Source of the DNA: Auanema rhodensis
Lineage: Eukaryota; Animalia; Nematoda
Length of the DNA stretch: 64,000 bases
Assembly: GCA_964057225.1 (NCBI GenBank)
Contig: OZ059898.1
Span: 7,750,001 to 7,814,000, forward strand
Direction: 5' to 3'
Part shown: piece by piece, positions 35,191-49,027 of the stretch
Numbering within the stretch: position 1 is the stretch's first letter
Layout of the letters: every line of letters starts with the position of its first letter
Translations under genes and position numbers: made by a program
The notes under the pieces: generated by a model
Databases searched by the model: none
What the model saw: only the letters and a program-made list of their open reading frames with translations
Told to the model about the DNA's origin: nothing

Positions 35191-38020
35191 ATCTTTAACC
35201 ATTGATAGCTCAAAACAACGTTAATTAGCGTACGAATGAACATGAATTTTGGAGTCAGCTGGTACAGATTACTCTGTAGCTGTGACGCTGAGTTCATAGA
35301 TGCACAGGCTGCAGTAATCCTAATACTGACAGGGTGATCGCGTTCTCAGCACCCCAGAGAAGTCTGTACATTTCGTATTCACCATTCGTTATGGATATAC
35401 TCCATATATTTAATGTATAGTTAGCTGGATTTATATATTTGCAAGTTTAGTTAAATCGATTATGTGTGTGATTTCTGGAAATGTTAGTCAATTTTTTAAA
35501 TGAAAGAAAATATAATATATTCAAAGATGCTAAACCTCTTAGATAGTGGTGCTATCAGTCTGCTTCTGCCCGTAACAAATTTCAATTGCCTTTTCTATGT
35601 TAACAATTAAATGGAATATGAATCCTATATAGTTTTGTTAAAAATATTCTGAACAATTATATACTATCGTTAGTTTTTAATATTTTCACTGCCATCTCAG
35701 TGTTTAGTTTTACAGGTTATCATATAAATTACCAATATTTATTTTATTGTATTTTCGTGGAACTACAATTGTTATGTGTTATGATGTTAGAACCCTTAAA
35801 ATTACTTGCTAGCTGCTTGGGCCGAGGGCAATGGGAGGCTAGCGACTCCCGGTGGTCAATAAGAGAGGAATTAGACGACGAGGGTGTCGAATGCAAGGCT
35901 AGACGACGGGGAGAGCGCAGAGTATTGAGAGTTCAGGGCGTTGGAAACGAAGAACTAGTGTTATCATAGAAGAGTGGAGAGGATAGCATAGTAAACAAAA
36001 GCTTTGTATTCTGATATTTTGCCTCACTTTGAAAAGAAGTAGCATTCACACAATATTTCATCGATCAAGACAAATCCTGTACCGCGTGCATTGCAATCCT
36101 CTTTCTCCATTTGCGAAGTAGGAGTTATTAGGCAGTAGAGTACTATACGGAAGCTAGAACCCCTATTATTAGGGAAATCAAAGGATTCTTGAACAAATCT
36201 TTGTTGCCTATCAAGTATGAACCATATGAGGGTTTAAAGCTTTTCCCCTGCTGCCCACTTTGTCATGCACATTTTCTTCCCAAAATGTTCCTTGTATTCA
36301 GCCTCGAGACGAATGAACATGCCCTCCGTTACCTCCATGTTCTCTGCTAACCTCTCTTCCTCTCTTTATGGATACTAAGCTAATAGTGTTGTGTATTGGC
36401 TGAGGCAGTGTCGCCGTGTAGAGAAGGAAGGGTAGAGAACGAGGGAAGAGAGCCCCTCTCTGGGTTGCAGCGAAGCAGCCTCCTACTCTGCTTCTATGAC
36501 TTTCTAGCTCTATAATCTATACGCTATTTCGCTGACTCCGACTTGGCCTCTTTCCGCCTGCTGTAATTCACATGACTTCGTACATCTTTTCTATCGTAGA
36601 ATACAGAAAAATACAAACAAAAAATAATTCAAAACCTAATTTTGTAAGATTCGAGTAATAGAAGGACAAGTGTAGATCTTAAAAAGTTATCTCTTCATTT
36701 TTAAAGAAACTTTATGACTGTTCCCTATCTCTTATATGTACATGTGCGTTCTATCAAGTCATATCTGCCATCGCAGTCGTCATTTGCCACTAACTAGTAT
36801 CGACAGTTGACGCAACAAACTATGTCCACACATGGATTTATTCATTTTCACGGCTTGTTATGTTCATTCCAGGGAGATGAGACCTATTGCAGTACAACTG
36901 AGCTAAACAAAATTGAACAACAGATACATCGACAGCCAGAAAATGCAGCAAGCATCACCGCATGCTATATCTTTAGCGTTTGTCAAAGACTGGTGTCAGC
37001 TGATAATTATTGGACGCAAGAATTAGGAAAGAAGTCGAAAATCTTCGTTTTTTCTTGTTTTAAAAATAGTTTTCACGAAACCGTTAGCACACTTTGCAAT
37101 AGAGTGGACTCAATCAATGAGACTTAGATTCATGAAACAGCGGACGATTTCCAAGAGCTTTTCTTTCGTATACCCAGAATGAAGTAATCTTTAAACAAGA
37201 TGAAGCAAATTGTTTTTGAAAATGTTCATCCCTTTTGTTCTTCATGTTTCTAATCATTTAGCATCTGAAAATACGATGTACAGTGTATGAAGAACGTTGA
37301 TTCTATCAATTTCTGAATGAAGTACCGAACAGATGATTAGTTATCATCGCGCGTCTAACGTACGAGTAGCATTGTAAGTCGCTCAGTTTCGTTTTAAGCA
37401 AGATTCGTGATTTTTTGGAACCCGTACGTGCCCACAGTTTTGACTATGTTCTTTTTTCCACTTTTATTTTGAATTGCATTTCATTTAAGATGACTTGTAA
37501 CAATAAACGAATACGCATCATCTAACCATCGTCGAAATTGAGAATGAATTTTATAACATATTGATAAAATAAATTGTTTTAATGGCTCAATAACGAACTC
37601 AAAAACCTTATCAGTTTTAAATTATAAACAATTGTATTTTATCTCGAGCTGGTTAGCTAAAGACCAGTGGACGTTTCATGTTCCATGTTGCTTTGATGGC
37701 AGATGTCCTTTTCCATTAATAGCTATTGATTTATTTTTGCAATAAGTGATCTATATTTTGCGCTAGTACAACAACATATCTTGATTAATGAAAATTGTAG
37801 GAAGTATAATATTAATAATTAGAGTTATGGTTGAGAATAATTTGCTCAAGCTTATCGACATGTCTATCATGCATCGACTCCATTTCAGAGAACTAAATCA
37901 GTTTTTAAAATCCACCCCGTCTGTCTCCGACTGAATCTTCAATTTTACCCAAATCAGCTGTTTTCTGTTTCTTTTATGGTTCCCTATGATAGAAAGGAGA
38001 GGAGAGACGAGTTGGCTGTC

Positions 38021-38044
38021 TGTCAGTCAGTCAGTCAGTCAGTC
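38021..38044. repeat. (CAGT)n microsatellite
   Basis: tgtcagtcagtcagtcagtcagtc. Confidence 0.85.
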
Positions 38045-41000
38045 TATCCGATTGTGTCAACCTGACCACGAGAGACGACGAAAAGAAACGCAGACATACA
38101 TATTTGTGGCATAATAGAAGGCATTGAGCTGATTGAAGAAGCTGTGATATATAATTGCGATATAGGAGAGCGATAGAGAACCATAAGCAGTAGACTAAAA
38201 ACATGTATGTCTGTGTGAAAAAGCATTTCCTATGTCATCTTTTACATCGCAAAGACTACCAACCGTATTACCTGTTTCCACCCTCGTCATGTTTCTTCCC
38301 CACAAGCACCCCATTTTCTCTGTTTTCTCTCAGATATTATGCGTATATCATCTATCCCTCCTCAGCATCCGACTAACCAACAACAGCAGTAGCAACAGGC
38401 CTCTCCGGCAGCCGGCAGACTTGCATACACAGAAGGAGAGACACAGAGGGAACGAGCAGGCCAGTTGAAAGAGGGGGTACACATATAGGCCCGAATGCGA
38501 CACAGAAATAGCGAAGATGACGACACCACGTGATCTTCCAGAAAAAGGACGAACATAAGGGAATGAGAGGGTCACTAGGGAAAGAAAAGTGAGAATTGAG
38601 AGACAAAAAGGGCTTAGTAATCGTATTCTGGCCATCTGCCATCATCAAAAATACTCACGGGACATTTGCAAGGTGATAAGCAGAGTCTCATGAGACCTAT
38701 GAGAATAACCTTTTTCTTTCATTTTGTATCAGAATTTCTTTCAAAATAGTACCTCTCATGCAAAAACTAAAGGTTCAATGCGATTCTCGTGCAATTACTT
38801 CCAGAAAAGGCTAATAATTAACGTTGAAAATTGATCTGCATAGTTACTCTCTTCATTGATTACGTTTTTGAGCTACCCTCATGAGGCTATATAAGCCAAC
38901 TAATTACATTATTGATAAGTCAATGGCTTGTTACAAGCGAGGAATATACATGCTAGGCTGAAAATATCTATTTTCATTTGCCTTGTGGCTATCCAAACGT
39001 GTTCATCTCGGAATAATTGTGAAAAACCAAGGAATATATGTTCAAACTCGAGACGAGGTTTATTGGAGTGGCTTTTTCTTGATATAATAAAATAAGCGCT
39101 CAGACTTAGTTAGTTGTATGGACATGTAGCAATGTCTTTGAAAAAAATGAAGAACATATTTCGCAGAGCAGATTGCAGGGTTAAGCTTTCCATTTTTGAG
39201 ATTTTTTTATATTGAAATTTTTCGAATTGCAATCAAACTTTCTCAGCTGTCAGCCCCATGTTCGTTAACTTTTTTAGTTAACTGGGCTGTCTAAGTTTCC
39301 GGAAAATGGCTCCAGCTGTGCTAACGCCGCAATGTTCGCGTACTCAGAAGGACGGCTAAAAGACCGTTGCTGCAGATCGCTTATGGCTATGGAATAACCA
39401 AGCAACCCTTTCCGCTTCCGTTAAACTCTATCCAAATTGGGAGATTTAGCAGTTTCATCAAGCTACCAGAGAATATTTCTATAGCAACAAATTAGAAAGT
39501 TAAATGAAAAATTTCCAAAAAACTTGGAAAAAAGTTTTGCAGCAGGCAATCAAACATATAAATGGTTTATAAATGAAATAACTCTTTAAACCAAGGGTAT
39601 AACTTTAATTCTATTTCTTATTCTTAAATCACGTTTTTTAGCGTTTTCAGATGTTGAACTAACTTTGTACAAATAAAAATATTTATTTCATAAATCAATA
39701 GATCCAAAATTTCAATTCATGTAAAACAAAGCTTTAATTTAATCTTCATCTTCCGCCTTGTGTAGTTTGTTTCTCTTTTTTTCTTCCTTTCTCTTATTCT
39801 TATTCGATTTTTACTCGAACGATAAGATGATGAACAAGTAGAGAAGAGCCGCAGACGACTGGGCGGGTCTTCCTTTCTCTCGGCAACTATGACATTTTTT
39901 CATAACTATTCTCAAATAAATTCGCATATTTGGTTAAAAGGATCTAATAAAAAAACATTTCTTTTTCTTTATAAATATACTTCAGAGTTTATGGTAACAG
40001 TAGTTTATATTCTTTTAAGAATCATTAAAATGTTTGACAAAAAGAAAGTGATAAAGAGAAGATTATATTTAAAACGTTTGAATAATGAAATATCAATAAA
40101 AAACTAATTTATTCATTTTATATTTATGTTTTAACAAATAAAAAAACAAAAATTATAAAAATACAACGAATTTTATCTGTCCCCGTATAATATCACAATA
40201 TAAATTTATATTTATATGAACTCTTCTCATATTTTTAACAAAGAAAATATGTAAAGTTCATACATGAAAGAGAGATCTGTATAGGCGAATACATGTATCT
40301 ATATGTATATGATGAGTCTAAAAAGAAAAAAATAAGAGAGAAAAAGAGAAAGTGAGAAGAGGGGGGGGGGTTGATATCTGGAATAGGGAATCATTATACT
40401 AAATGTCTTTCTTTAGAAAAATGTTCAAATGAGTCAGATTTCAACATTTCTTCACTTCTCTTACTTATGAAGTAACGTTAGACATTTCTGTTGAAAAGGA
40501 GAATAACGTATGAGTACAAATCATCGCAAAGTTAAAACTTGAGAGGCTTTCTGTTTAAATAAAGATAGATAGGCCGATGAAAAAAAGTTGTGTCTAACTG
40601 AAATAAACATTTTTGATGTTAAGACTTTAGTGCATTCAGAGCAAAAATACATAAAGCTCATAAGGAACCTTCGTTCCGGATTGTTATCTTTTGAAATGTT
40701 CCGAAGTTTTTTATTCTTTTTCCTATATTTCCTTTTCTTCTTCAAAAATTGTGGATCGAAAAACGACGGGGAAGAGTGAAAACAGAAAACATTGAAAAAG
40801 CGGAGATGAAACGAGAAACTCACACACAACGTTTCGATATTGGGAGTGGGCGGAGTTTTGGAGAGTCTCAAAAGAAGCAGAGCAAAAGCCTTAAGAAAAC
40901 ATCTTTTGAACTAACAAGAATTCGACCACGGTTCCTCCGACAACTCGGGAAGGAGGAAAAACCACTGGCTTCTCTGACGATTTTCGTACTTAATGAATTT

Positions 41001-41339
41001 CTTTCTTTCTGAATTTCGAAGTTCATTAAGTACGAAAATCATTAGACCCCAAAAACCCAAAAACATAATTACATAAAAGATTCTCAAGAAATCTATTGAG
41101 TTTAATAAGAAAAACAGGTGTACCACAAATATGACAAAAGCATATTCCATCAGGATATTGTATGATTATAGTTGATTCTTACACTAGTCCTGGTGCAGCA
41201 TTTAAATTTAATAAATCCATAATTGAAATAAGCCAAAAGATTATGAAAACACTAAAAGTAAACATGAAAAATTCAACAAAACAAGAAGAAAAAAGCATTT
41301 TTAAAATGTGAGAAATGCCCTATTTGTAAGAAAATTTTT

Positions 41340-42270
41340 AGACACTGATCAATTTCCTTCAAAAATCAAGGAAAATCTTTTTAGACACTGATATCCTTTT
41401 TGTAATGCGAATAGCCTCGCCTATTTTGAATTTTGCATTTATTTCTTTTTCTTTTTTTGGAAAATAAATTACTATAACTTAATTTTCTATTTTAGAAGCT
41501 TTGATTGAAGTTATTTTCATCAAGGAATGATAATGATTATTATAAACTAAAACTAATTGATCTAAGATATTAATTCGCTTGTGGTTTCCTTGACGAGTAA
41601 ACATTTTCCACATCTTTTATTTCGAAGTCCTATTAAATTTCTCAATTATTAATGCTTTTTTATCTGAATAAGTTGAAAAATGATTAATTTCAAATGATTT
41701 GAAAAGTTTATTCATTTCTGTATTGTAATATTCTTTTCCATTGTTGTATCTTTTTTGGCTTTCTACCAGATACATTGAATAATTTTTCCAGAGCATATGC
41801 GGCTTCTTTGCCAATCTTCGTTTTCAAAGGTGCTATCCAAGCATATTTACTAATTGGAATCATTTCAACTCAATCAGATTGCCATTGCTCATCAACGGCA
41901 TTAATGTAAACTCTTTGATTCTTGAAGATTTTACGAGCTGGCTTGTGCAGAGTGTAAACATCCTGCTCATTCAAGAACTTTTTGAATTCTTTAATGGATT
42001 TCTTCGTTATTCTAGCTAACTCATTGATACCACAAAATCCTGTTTTAGGGGAGTAATACGTTTTTTCTATGACAACTTTATCTTTTTCAATAATCATTTT
42101 TCCTCCTTTGATAGCTTCACTTCGTTCAGGACTTTTGGTAACTTCAATTTCAGTTTCTATTTTCTTTTTTGAAATGAATTTACACTTTGTGTTGTTACAT
42201 TACAAAAATAATCCTTTTATTATCAATCTAGCAACTGCTGGATTTGATGAATATTGATCTGACGCATATC
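41340..42270 (-). mobile_element. Decayed Maverick/Polinton fragment: intronless rve-type integrase pseudogene plus upstream small Zn-ribbon-like remnant
   Basis: YYSPKTGFCGINEL...QDVYTLHKPARKIFKNQRVYINAVDEQWQSD, YAWIAPLKTK, HFSTYSDKKALIIEKFNRT, YNNHYHS and KFKIGEAIRI are typical Polinton integrase blocks, here broken by stops, frameshifts and deletions. Confidence 0.85.
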
Positions 42271-43094
42271 GATATTTTTTTATATTATTTTATTTAGAAA
42301 TTTTAAATGTTTGTATATTATTTTATTTTGATTACAGACATGTATCTATTTTGCTTTATAGGTCCAGCTGCCAAGGATGATGAAACCGCTGAATTAAACA
42401 AAGTTAAACAAATTTCCGCCAAAATTTGGAAGATATTCCGCCTGCTATCTCTCCACGTGGATACTCGATTCCAACTGATTTCTTATTTCATTTTCACGTA
42501 ATCTTGAGTTTATTACTACTCATGTTTGATAACAATAAACTTTTTTTTACCGGTTGTCGGCTATAAAGGAGAAGGAGTTTGTTGATGACGATGCTAACAT
42601 AGTTATCTTTTATTATAACCGGTAAAATGCCACGTATGAAGATGATTAGAAAATTAGAACAATAATAGAGCAATTATTAAATGAAAATACCTATTTTGGG
42701 TGAAAGGTGTCTTAGACTGTCAGTCATCCTAAACACTTCAAAATTAAAAAATAGAAAAAATCATGCCTAGATGGAAGAAAATTATCACTTTGTAATGAAA
42801 AAATGCTAGAAATGCTGGATTTTAAGAATAGGGTGAAAGGTTTCTCAGCATTTACAATTCTAATACTACTAAAATAGCATTGGTTTTGTTCAAGAATATA
42901 TCATGACTAAACTAAATACAAAAGAAAGGCTTTGTTCTGTCATAAACCTGATTGTCCAGAAGGAAGTTATTCTCTTATCCAGCTTGGAATGGAATGTCAT
43001 TCATGCTTTTGAGAACTTTGGATCGATGACAAGATGGTGAATCAAGCAAGATTAGTGCCATCTACTCAGATATGCATGTATTGGTTCTTATGTT

Positions 43095-46000
43095 TCAAGT
43101 TTTTTGCCGTCGGTTTAAGATTCGTCGAAGTTTTTGAAGGTTTTGAACTGCTATGTTATCAGATGAGTTAAGTTGAATAGCTTTAAGGTAGTAAAACTCG
43201 GCTTCCTCCAACTTTCCAATCATGTGTAGAATAGCGCCATAATTGGAACAACTTGAAGAAGACATGGGCATCAATTGAACAGCCCGACGAAGTAGCTGAA
43301 ATGAGATGATATTAAATTCTAAAAATCTGAGATCCATAACTAAGAAATTAGAAAAACATTATTATTACTAAATTCATTGAAATTAGAAGAAAAAATGCCT
43401 TACTTTCTCTGATTCGTAGATTCGATTCTGATCCTTTAATAGAAAAGCCAAAGTGTTCATTGACTCGAGGTGATTGGGATTTATGCGTAAATTCTGGTTC
43501 AATAGCTGTTCAGCTGTCTTCACATTTCCCTAAAAAGACAAAAAAAAATACAAATATTGAATATAAAAAATGAAAAACAAGAAAAATATATACCAATTTG
43601 ATATGCATAAGAGCTTTATTATACATCATCACATGTGATGAAAAATTGAATTTTTCCATTTCATTTAAAATCATCTCAGCTTCTTTGGAGCGATTCTAAA
43701 AAACGAATATTAAATTTATAAAAATGAAAAATACATATAGTATATAGTATATATATACATATGTTTATTGTATGATTTTTCAAATATTTTCATTTACTTA
43801 CTTGTTTAATTCGAAGAAAAGCCATATTCAGAAATGTTGATTCATTTTCAGGTTGAACTGATAAAGCTTTTTGATAATATTTATCTGCTGTTGTTAAATC
43901 ACCCAGGCCTGCGTATATTTCTCCATAAAGATTATATACATTGATGAGAAGTTTTATATTTGAAATGTTAATATCAGGAACCTGAAAATAGAATTAATAA
44001 GCTTTAATAAACATTTTTGAAATATTTTTCTTTCTTGTCTATAAAATAAAAGTAATTGGTTTTTTACTAATAAAATATTTCAGATTGATTGTATCATAAC
44101 GTACAAAAAAATAATATTTTTCATGATGATGTTAGTAATTAACAATAATGATTCTTAAAACTAAAATTTAAAAAATTACTTGTTTCAGACATGATAAAGC
44201 TTTGTTCAAATGGCCAAGGCTTTGATATATTCGAGCCAGCTGAAGCCAGCAGTTTAGTTGAGCTTTCACATGCTGTTTCTGATTCTTTGTTTCTTTTCCA
44301 TCAATATTAGTACATTTTTGCAAAATTTCAATAGAATTTTCAACTTTTTGTTGTTTCCATAAAAGAAGACCAAGATTTAGATGTGCTGTAAAAATAAATT
44401 TTGAATGAGTTTGGCAGTTCGAGATACTCAAACCTTGAGTGAAATATTTCCTAAAATGAATTGCTTGACGATAGCAGCTTTCAGCTTTCTTCAAATTCCC
44501 ATCATCAACGTATAGTAAAGCCCTGAATAACATTACGTTTTAGTAATCAGTGTTTATTTTAAAAGCTTACAAGTTATACCAAGTATCTGCCATATTTGGT
44601 TTAATGTGTAAAGCATCTGTATAAGCTTGAAGAGCTTCGACACGACGAGAAGGATTATCGGACAACTCACGACCCAAATTTGTTAATGCTACAAGATACA
44701 TAACCATCATGAATATTATAAAGAAACAAACCTTTAGCTGGACTAATTTCTTTTCCACTTCTGTATAAAGCTTCACCATTAATCCAATCTTCATTTCGAT
44801 TAACTGTTCTTTGAGCACACAGAAATAATATTGCCACAAATAAACAATTCCGAATTTCACGGCAACGAAGAATTCTATGAAAAGTACATCTAATTATATA
44901 AGAAAATCGGATATATACCCTTGCTCTAACTCTTCAAATAATCGAGAAAATACATAACAGAATCCTATGGAAGGTAAATAAAGAATTCGCTCTGCTACAA
45001 CAAATCCAACGTATACGAATAGGTTAGATGCAGGTAAAAAGGATAATATTGAAATTGAAATATAGAAAAAGACATCAGATCCTATCTTATCATTCTAAAC
45101 AAAAACAAAATTTGTAAATAGTTATAAAAATTAATAAATTACTTTTTGTATAATTGATGAGATTATAGAAGAGAGAATAGATGGATAAATTGAAGAAATA
45201 ATTCTGAAATATGAAAAAAATTTTTAAAATATTATAATTAATTAAAACCTCAATAAAATATGTATTGATAGAAAAAATAAAATAGTATAAAATAGACAAA
45301 TAATTGTAACTCGGTAATCCAATAACCGATCTATTGGACACAAATATTCTAGGGACCAATCAAAGCTAAGCTAAAATTAAAAATTATCTTTAAATGAAAA
45401 TAATTATTTAGTATTTTACCTTATTTGGAAATAATAATAAACGAAGATTAAATACAGGTAGATAGAGTAATGTAAAGATGCGTTTGAAATTGTTTTTCTC
45501 GTAAGGAAGAGGATTACTTGATTTCGCAAAACTAAAATATAGTTAAATATATTTTGATTATATCTAACTTGTTTTACAATAGTTAATATTTACAATTTGA
45601 AATATTTTTAATAATAATAATAATAGAAATTGTTCATAACTTACTGTGGTGATTGAAAATTGTTAATAACGAGACGAATAAAAGCGATAACCAGTCCTAT
45701 AGCTAATAATAGACATGATTTATTTTTTATTGTATTCTTTTCCTGAAAAGCATAATTTTCACAATTTCCTATAGGTATATAACTATAATAAAGTTATTGT
45801 TGACATTTTTTATTAGATTCTTAGATATTTCTTGAATCATTAAGACATAGCCTTCGTGTGATGTTAATTTGGAACTTAATAATATGGATTAATGCCATTC
45901 CAATGCGGTAAAAGTCAAAAAAACATCAAAAAGTGCCTATGAAAGGAAATGTACTTGACCGAAAAATGCCATAAGGACTTGGATGGATGAGAGGATCTAG

Positions 46001-48876
46001 TATAAGGATAAGAAAGAATGGCCATTAATTTGTCTGTCTGTTGGCTAATTCGCACCTTTTAATAGCTTTGCATAGGACATAACAACGGAAACGGATGACC
46101 TTATAAGGATATGAAGACAGTTCCTTTAAGATACTGAGGTCACACATTTCCTTCTTACACTGAAACTGACTGAACATCCTCACACACAAAAACAAAATAA
46201 CGATTATGGGACGGAAAGTGAAGAATGTTTCACCGAATAATGCCAATACATCAACGACCTTCATAAACTTACAGGTTTGCCATAGAAGGATAACTGAACG
46301 ATATGAAGAAAAGGTAGAACAGCGCCTGATTCCTTGCTGGTCACAGCTAAGATTGTCCAACATAATACTCGAAGAACATTCTAAAAATAAATAAATTTTA
46401 TAAAATATGAAAGTGGTGGCAAACCTGATTCTTGTGAAAATCAAGCAATGATAATAAAGTGAATATTGTTACGAGAATATCTGAACGCCCAACTATGTTA
46501 GCAACAGCTTCTGTATGAATTGGATGAACTGCAAAGAGTAATGCAGACGAAAAAGCTGTTGAACCTTAAATTATAAAATTGCAATATCATTTGTTTCATG
46601 AATTCAATTACTTTTTCCTGTTATCCATGATCCTGTGTGAAACACAAGTAGCGAAGCTATTCCATGCAAAATTATATTAGTAGCATGAAATCTGAAGTTA
46701 AAAATTCATAAACAACGAAGAAAGAGAAGGGACAAATTGAGGGCATTCATATCGTGTTGGACATTTTATTATTTATCTTATAAAAATAATGTGTAATCTC
46801 ATATTGTATTGTGATCTTTATGCAAAGAAAAGATTTGTTTTCAATTCAAAATATTATTTTCTGTTGAAGTTCTCCTTTTTTTTCTTATTTATGTTCAAAT
46901 ACATCATTGTCATTAAAGAGTAATAGAAGAATATATATATATATATATATATAGATGAGTGTACAGGGATCCAACAGATTGGTAATTTAGATAGAGCAAA
47001 GCATTTCTACTGAAGAATAATGTGACCATGCCTATGACTTAAACAAATGAGAGAAGAAGAGAAATTGGGAGAAAATCCTATTTCCTCCGTACATTCATCA
47101 TAAGCTTTCTCTTCTTGTTGTTGTTTCTAACTTTAACTATCGAGAGAATAAAAAGCCAATTAATTTGAATGAACGCCGGCAAGATCTAACTGCCTTTGTA
47201 GAGTGCTTAACCCTAACCCACAAGGACATCCGCTCAAATTCTCAAGAATCATTTGCAGGATCATATTAAGATAGTTGTAAACCATTGGGTTCGATACAAT
47301 AGACGCAGAAGAGTGAGACGGCTTCGCACCAGATAACGACTCGCTTGACCAGTTGAAAGATGAATTCATTAGCATACGTGCCATTTTCATAGATATATTT
47401 ATATGGCTGTTTGAGATAAAAATCAAATCCCCAGAGAGTGCTTAGTGGTTATTATGAGAGTAACATGGATGCCAATGTCTCGTCAGAACATTATCTGTAT
47501 TTAGATATAGACATATTATCCTTAAGATTCTATGATAATTAGGAATTTTTTCATTAACGGGAAAATTTGTTACAAATGGATTGCAAGACAAGCAATTATA
47601 ACATTGTCCGACAATTCATCTAGTTCCATATGACGCCTTGATATGTGAGCAGTTGTTGGACCCGCTCAGAAATATATTAATTAGGACTTTCGGGTCAAAA
47701 TGGCTCGCCCAGACAAAGATGTAAATTGCTGAAGAATTTGAGAGCATCCAAATATAAAATATATTTTTACTTAGCACAAGCTCATTCGAGATCTGGCTGT
47801 CAATTCAATAGTGAAACAGGAAGAAATCAAGCATGTACTAATATCGTCATATAAGACTGAATTCATCATGAGCATACCGCTGATGATGTTCAGAGAGATG
47901 AGATCTAGTTATGAGAGTCAAAAGAAGCAGACATGTAGTCAACATAGCCATTAGGTTAATGCAATTATGTCAAAAGCATAGAATCAGGAGGGTTGCCATA
48001 GTTATTGATAAGCTAAAGAACGACGAAAGATGTACAATACAAAATTATGAAAGCTCACTTAAGAATAAAAAAAACGTACGCGATTGGTGATAATCCGAAG
48101 AGAATATAGTTGATACGGAATGTCAATGTAGTAAGTGGCCTCCAGCTTTTATGTGAGCCTGGACTTCTTATGTCATTTCCCCAAAAGTCGTTAAACAAAA
48201 AGGAAAGCAAAGATTGTCCAGTAACATCTTCATTATCACAAATAGCAGCTCTGAAAATCAAAAACTGAAATGATGAATGAGATATAACTTGTTCAAATCA
48301 ATCTCCAATAATTTTACGCTAATCACTAACTGGGGAATTGGAAAAAGACCAGTATGTTTTCTTAGGGTTTAAAAAATTACAATATAATGACAAGTCACTC
48401 ATTTCTGACATTTCCTTCTTAATACCGAAAAGAGAAAGCTGGCTCAGAAAGAGATGTTTCTTTGCTAAAAGGATCAATTTATTTGAACAGAAGAAGTAAC
48501 TACTACTAGCTGTTCATTTACAGTAGGTCAGCACGAACTATATACGTCTTACATTATGAAATATTAATAAGAAAGCAGCCTAAATCTGCAGATCATACTA
48601 ATGTAAACTGTTATAAAACAACAGAAATCAGAGCATTCATCATTAGAGAATGACATAATAATATAAAATTCACTACTAAAAGTTATGAGCAAAAACATTT
48701 CCTCCCTACATGTAGAAACATCAAAACAACATTAGAGACACATACCTGTCATCATAAACAAAATCTCCAGATACTGTATTAGAATATATGACAGTTGATA
48801 CGGAAAACAGCAGTAGATTTCTTAAAAAAGAATTGACATTCTCTTTTTCGAAAGAACCAGCCTTCTCGAGGAACAT
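43095..48876 (-). CDS. TMTC-family protein O-mannosyltransferase with TPR repeats
   Basis: GDFVYDDRAAICDN, NDFWG...SHKSWRPLTTLTFR, LLFAVHPIHTEAVANIVGRSD, PASNLFVYVGFVVAERILYLPS, followed by C-terminal TPR exons. Confidence 0.93.
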
Positions 48877-49027
48877 CGGAATTCTACTTGAGCCAAGTGC
48901 CTCTAAGCAGCTGCCGAAATGGGCGTAGCCAACCCCTCCCTACCACCCAATATGCAGTGTCATTCCCCACCTCTTGTATATTAACAACATTAATTTATTT
49001 AACAATTTATTTATAACAATAACAAAT

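Noticed and set aside
37358-37445. miR-100/51-family seed AACCCGTA at ~37419
   Set aside because: Only the seed matches; the complementary arm is ~50 nt away with an unpaired interior, so there is no pre-miRNA geometry.
42095-42112. AAAGGAGG 4 nt before the integrase ATG, resembling a Shine-Dalgarno site and suggesting bacterial origin
   Set aside because: It encodes the KGG motif common in Polinton proteins, and the integrase blocks are Polinton-type, not IS-type.
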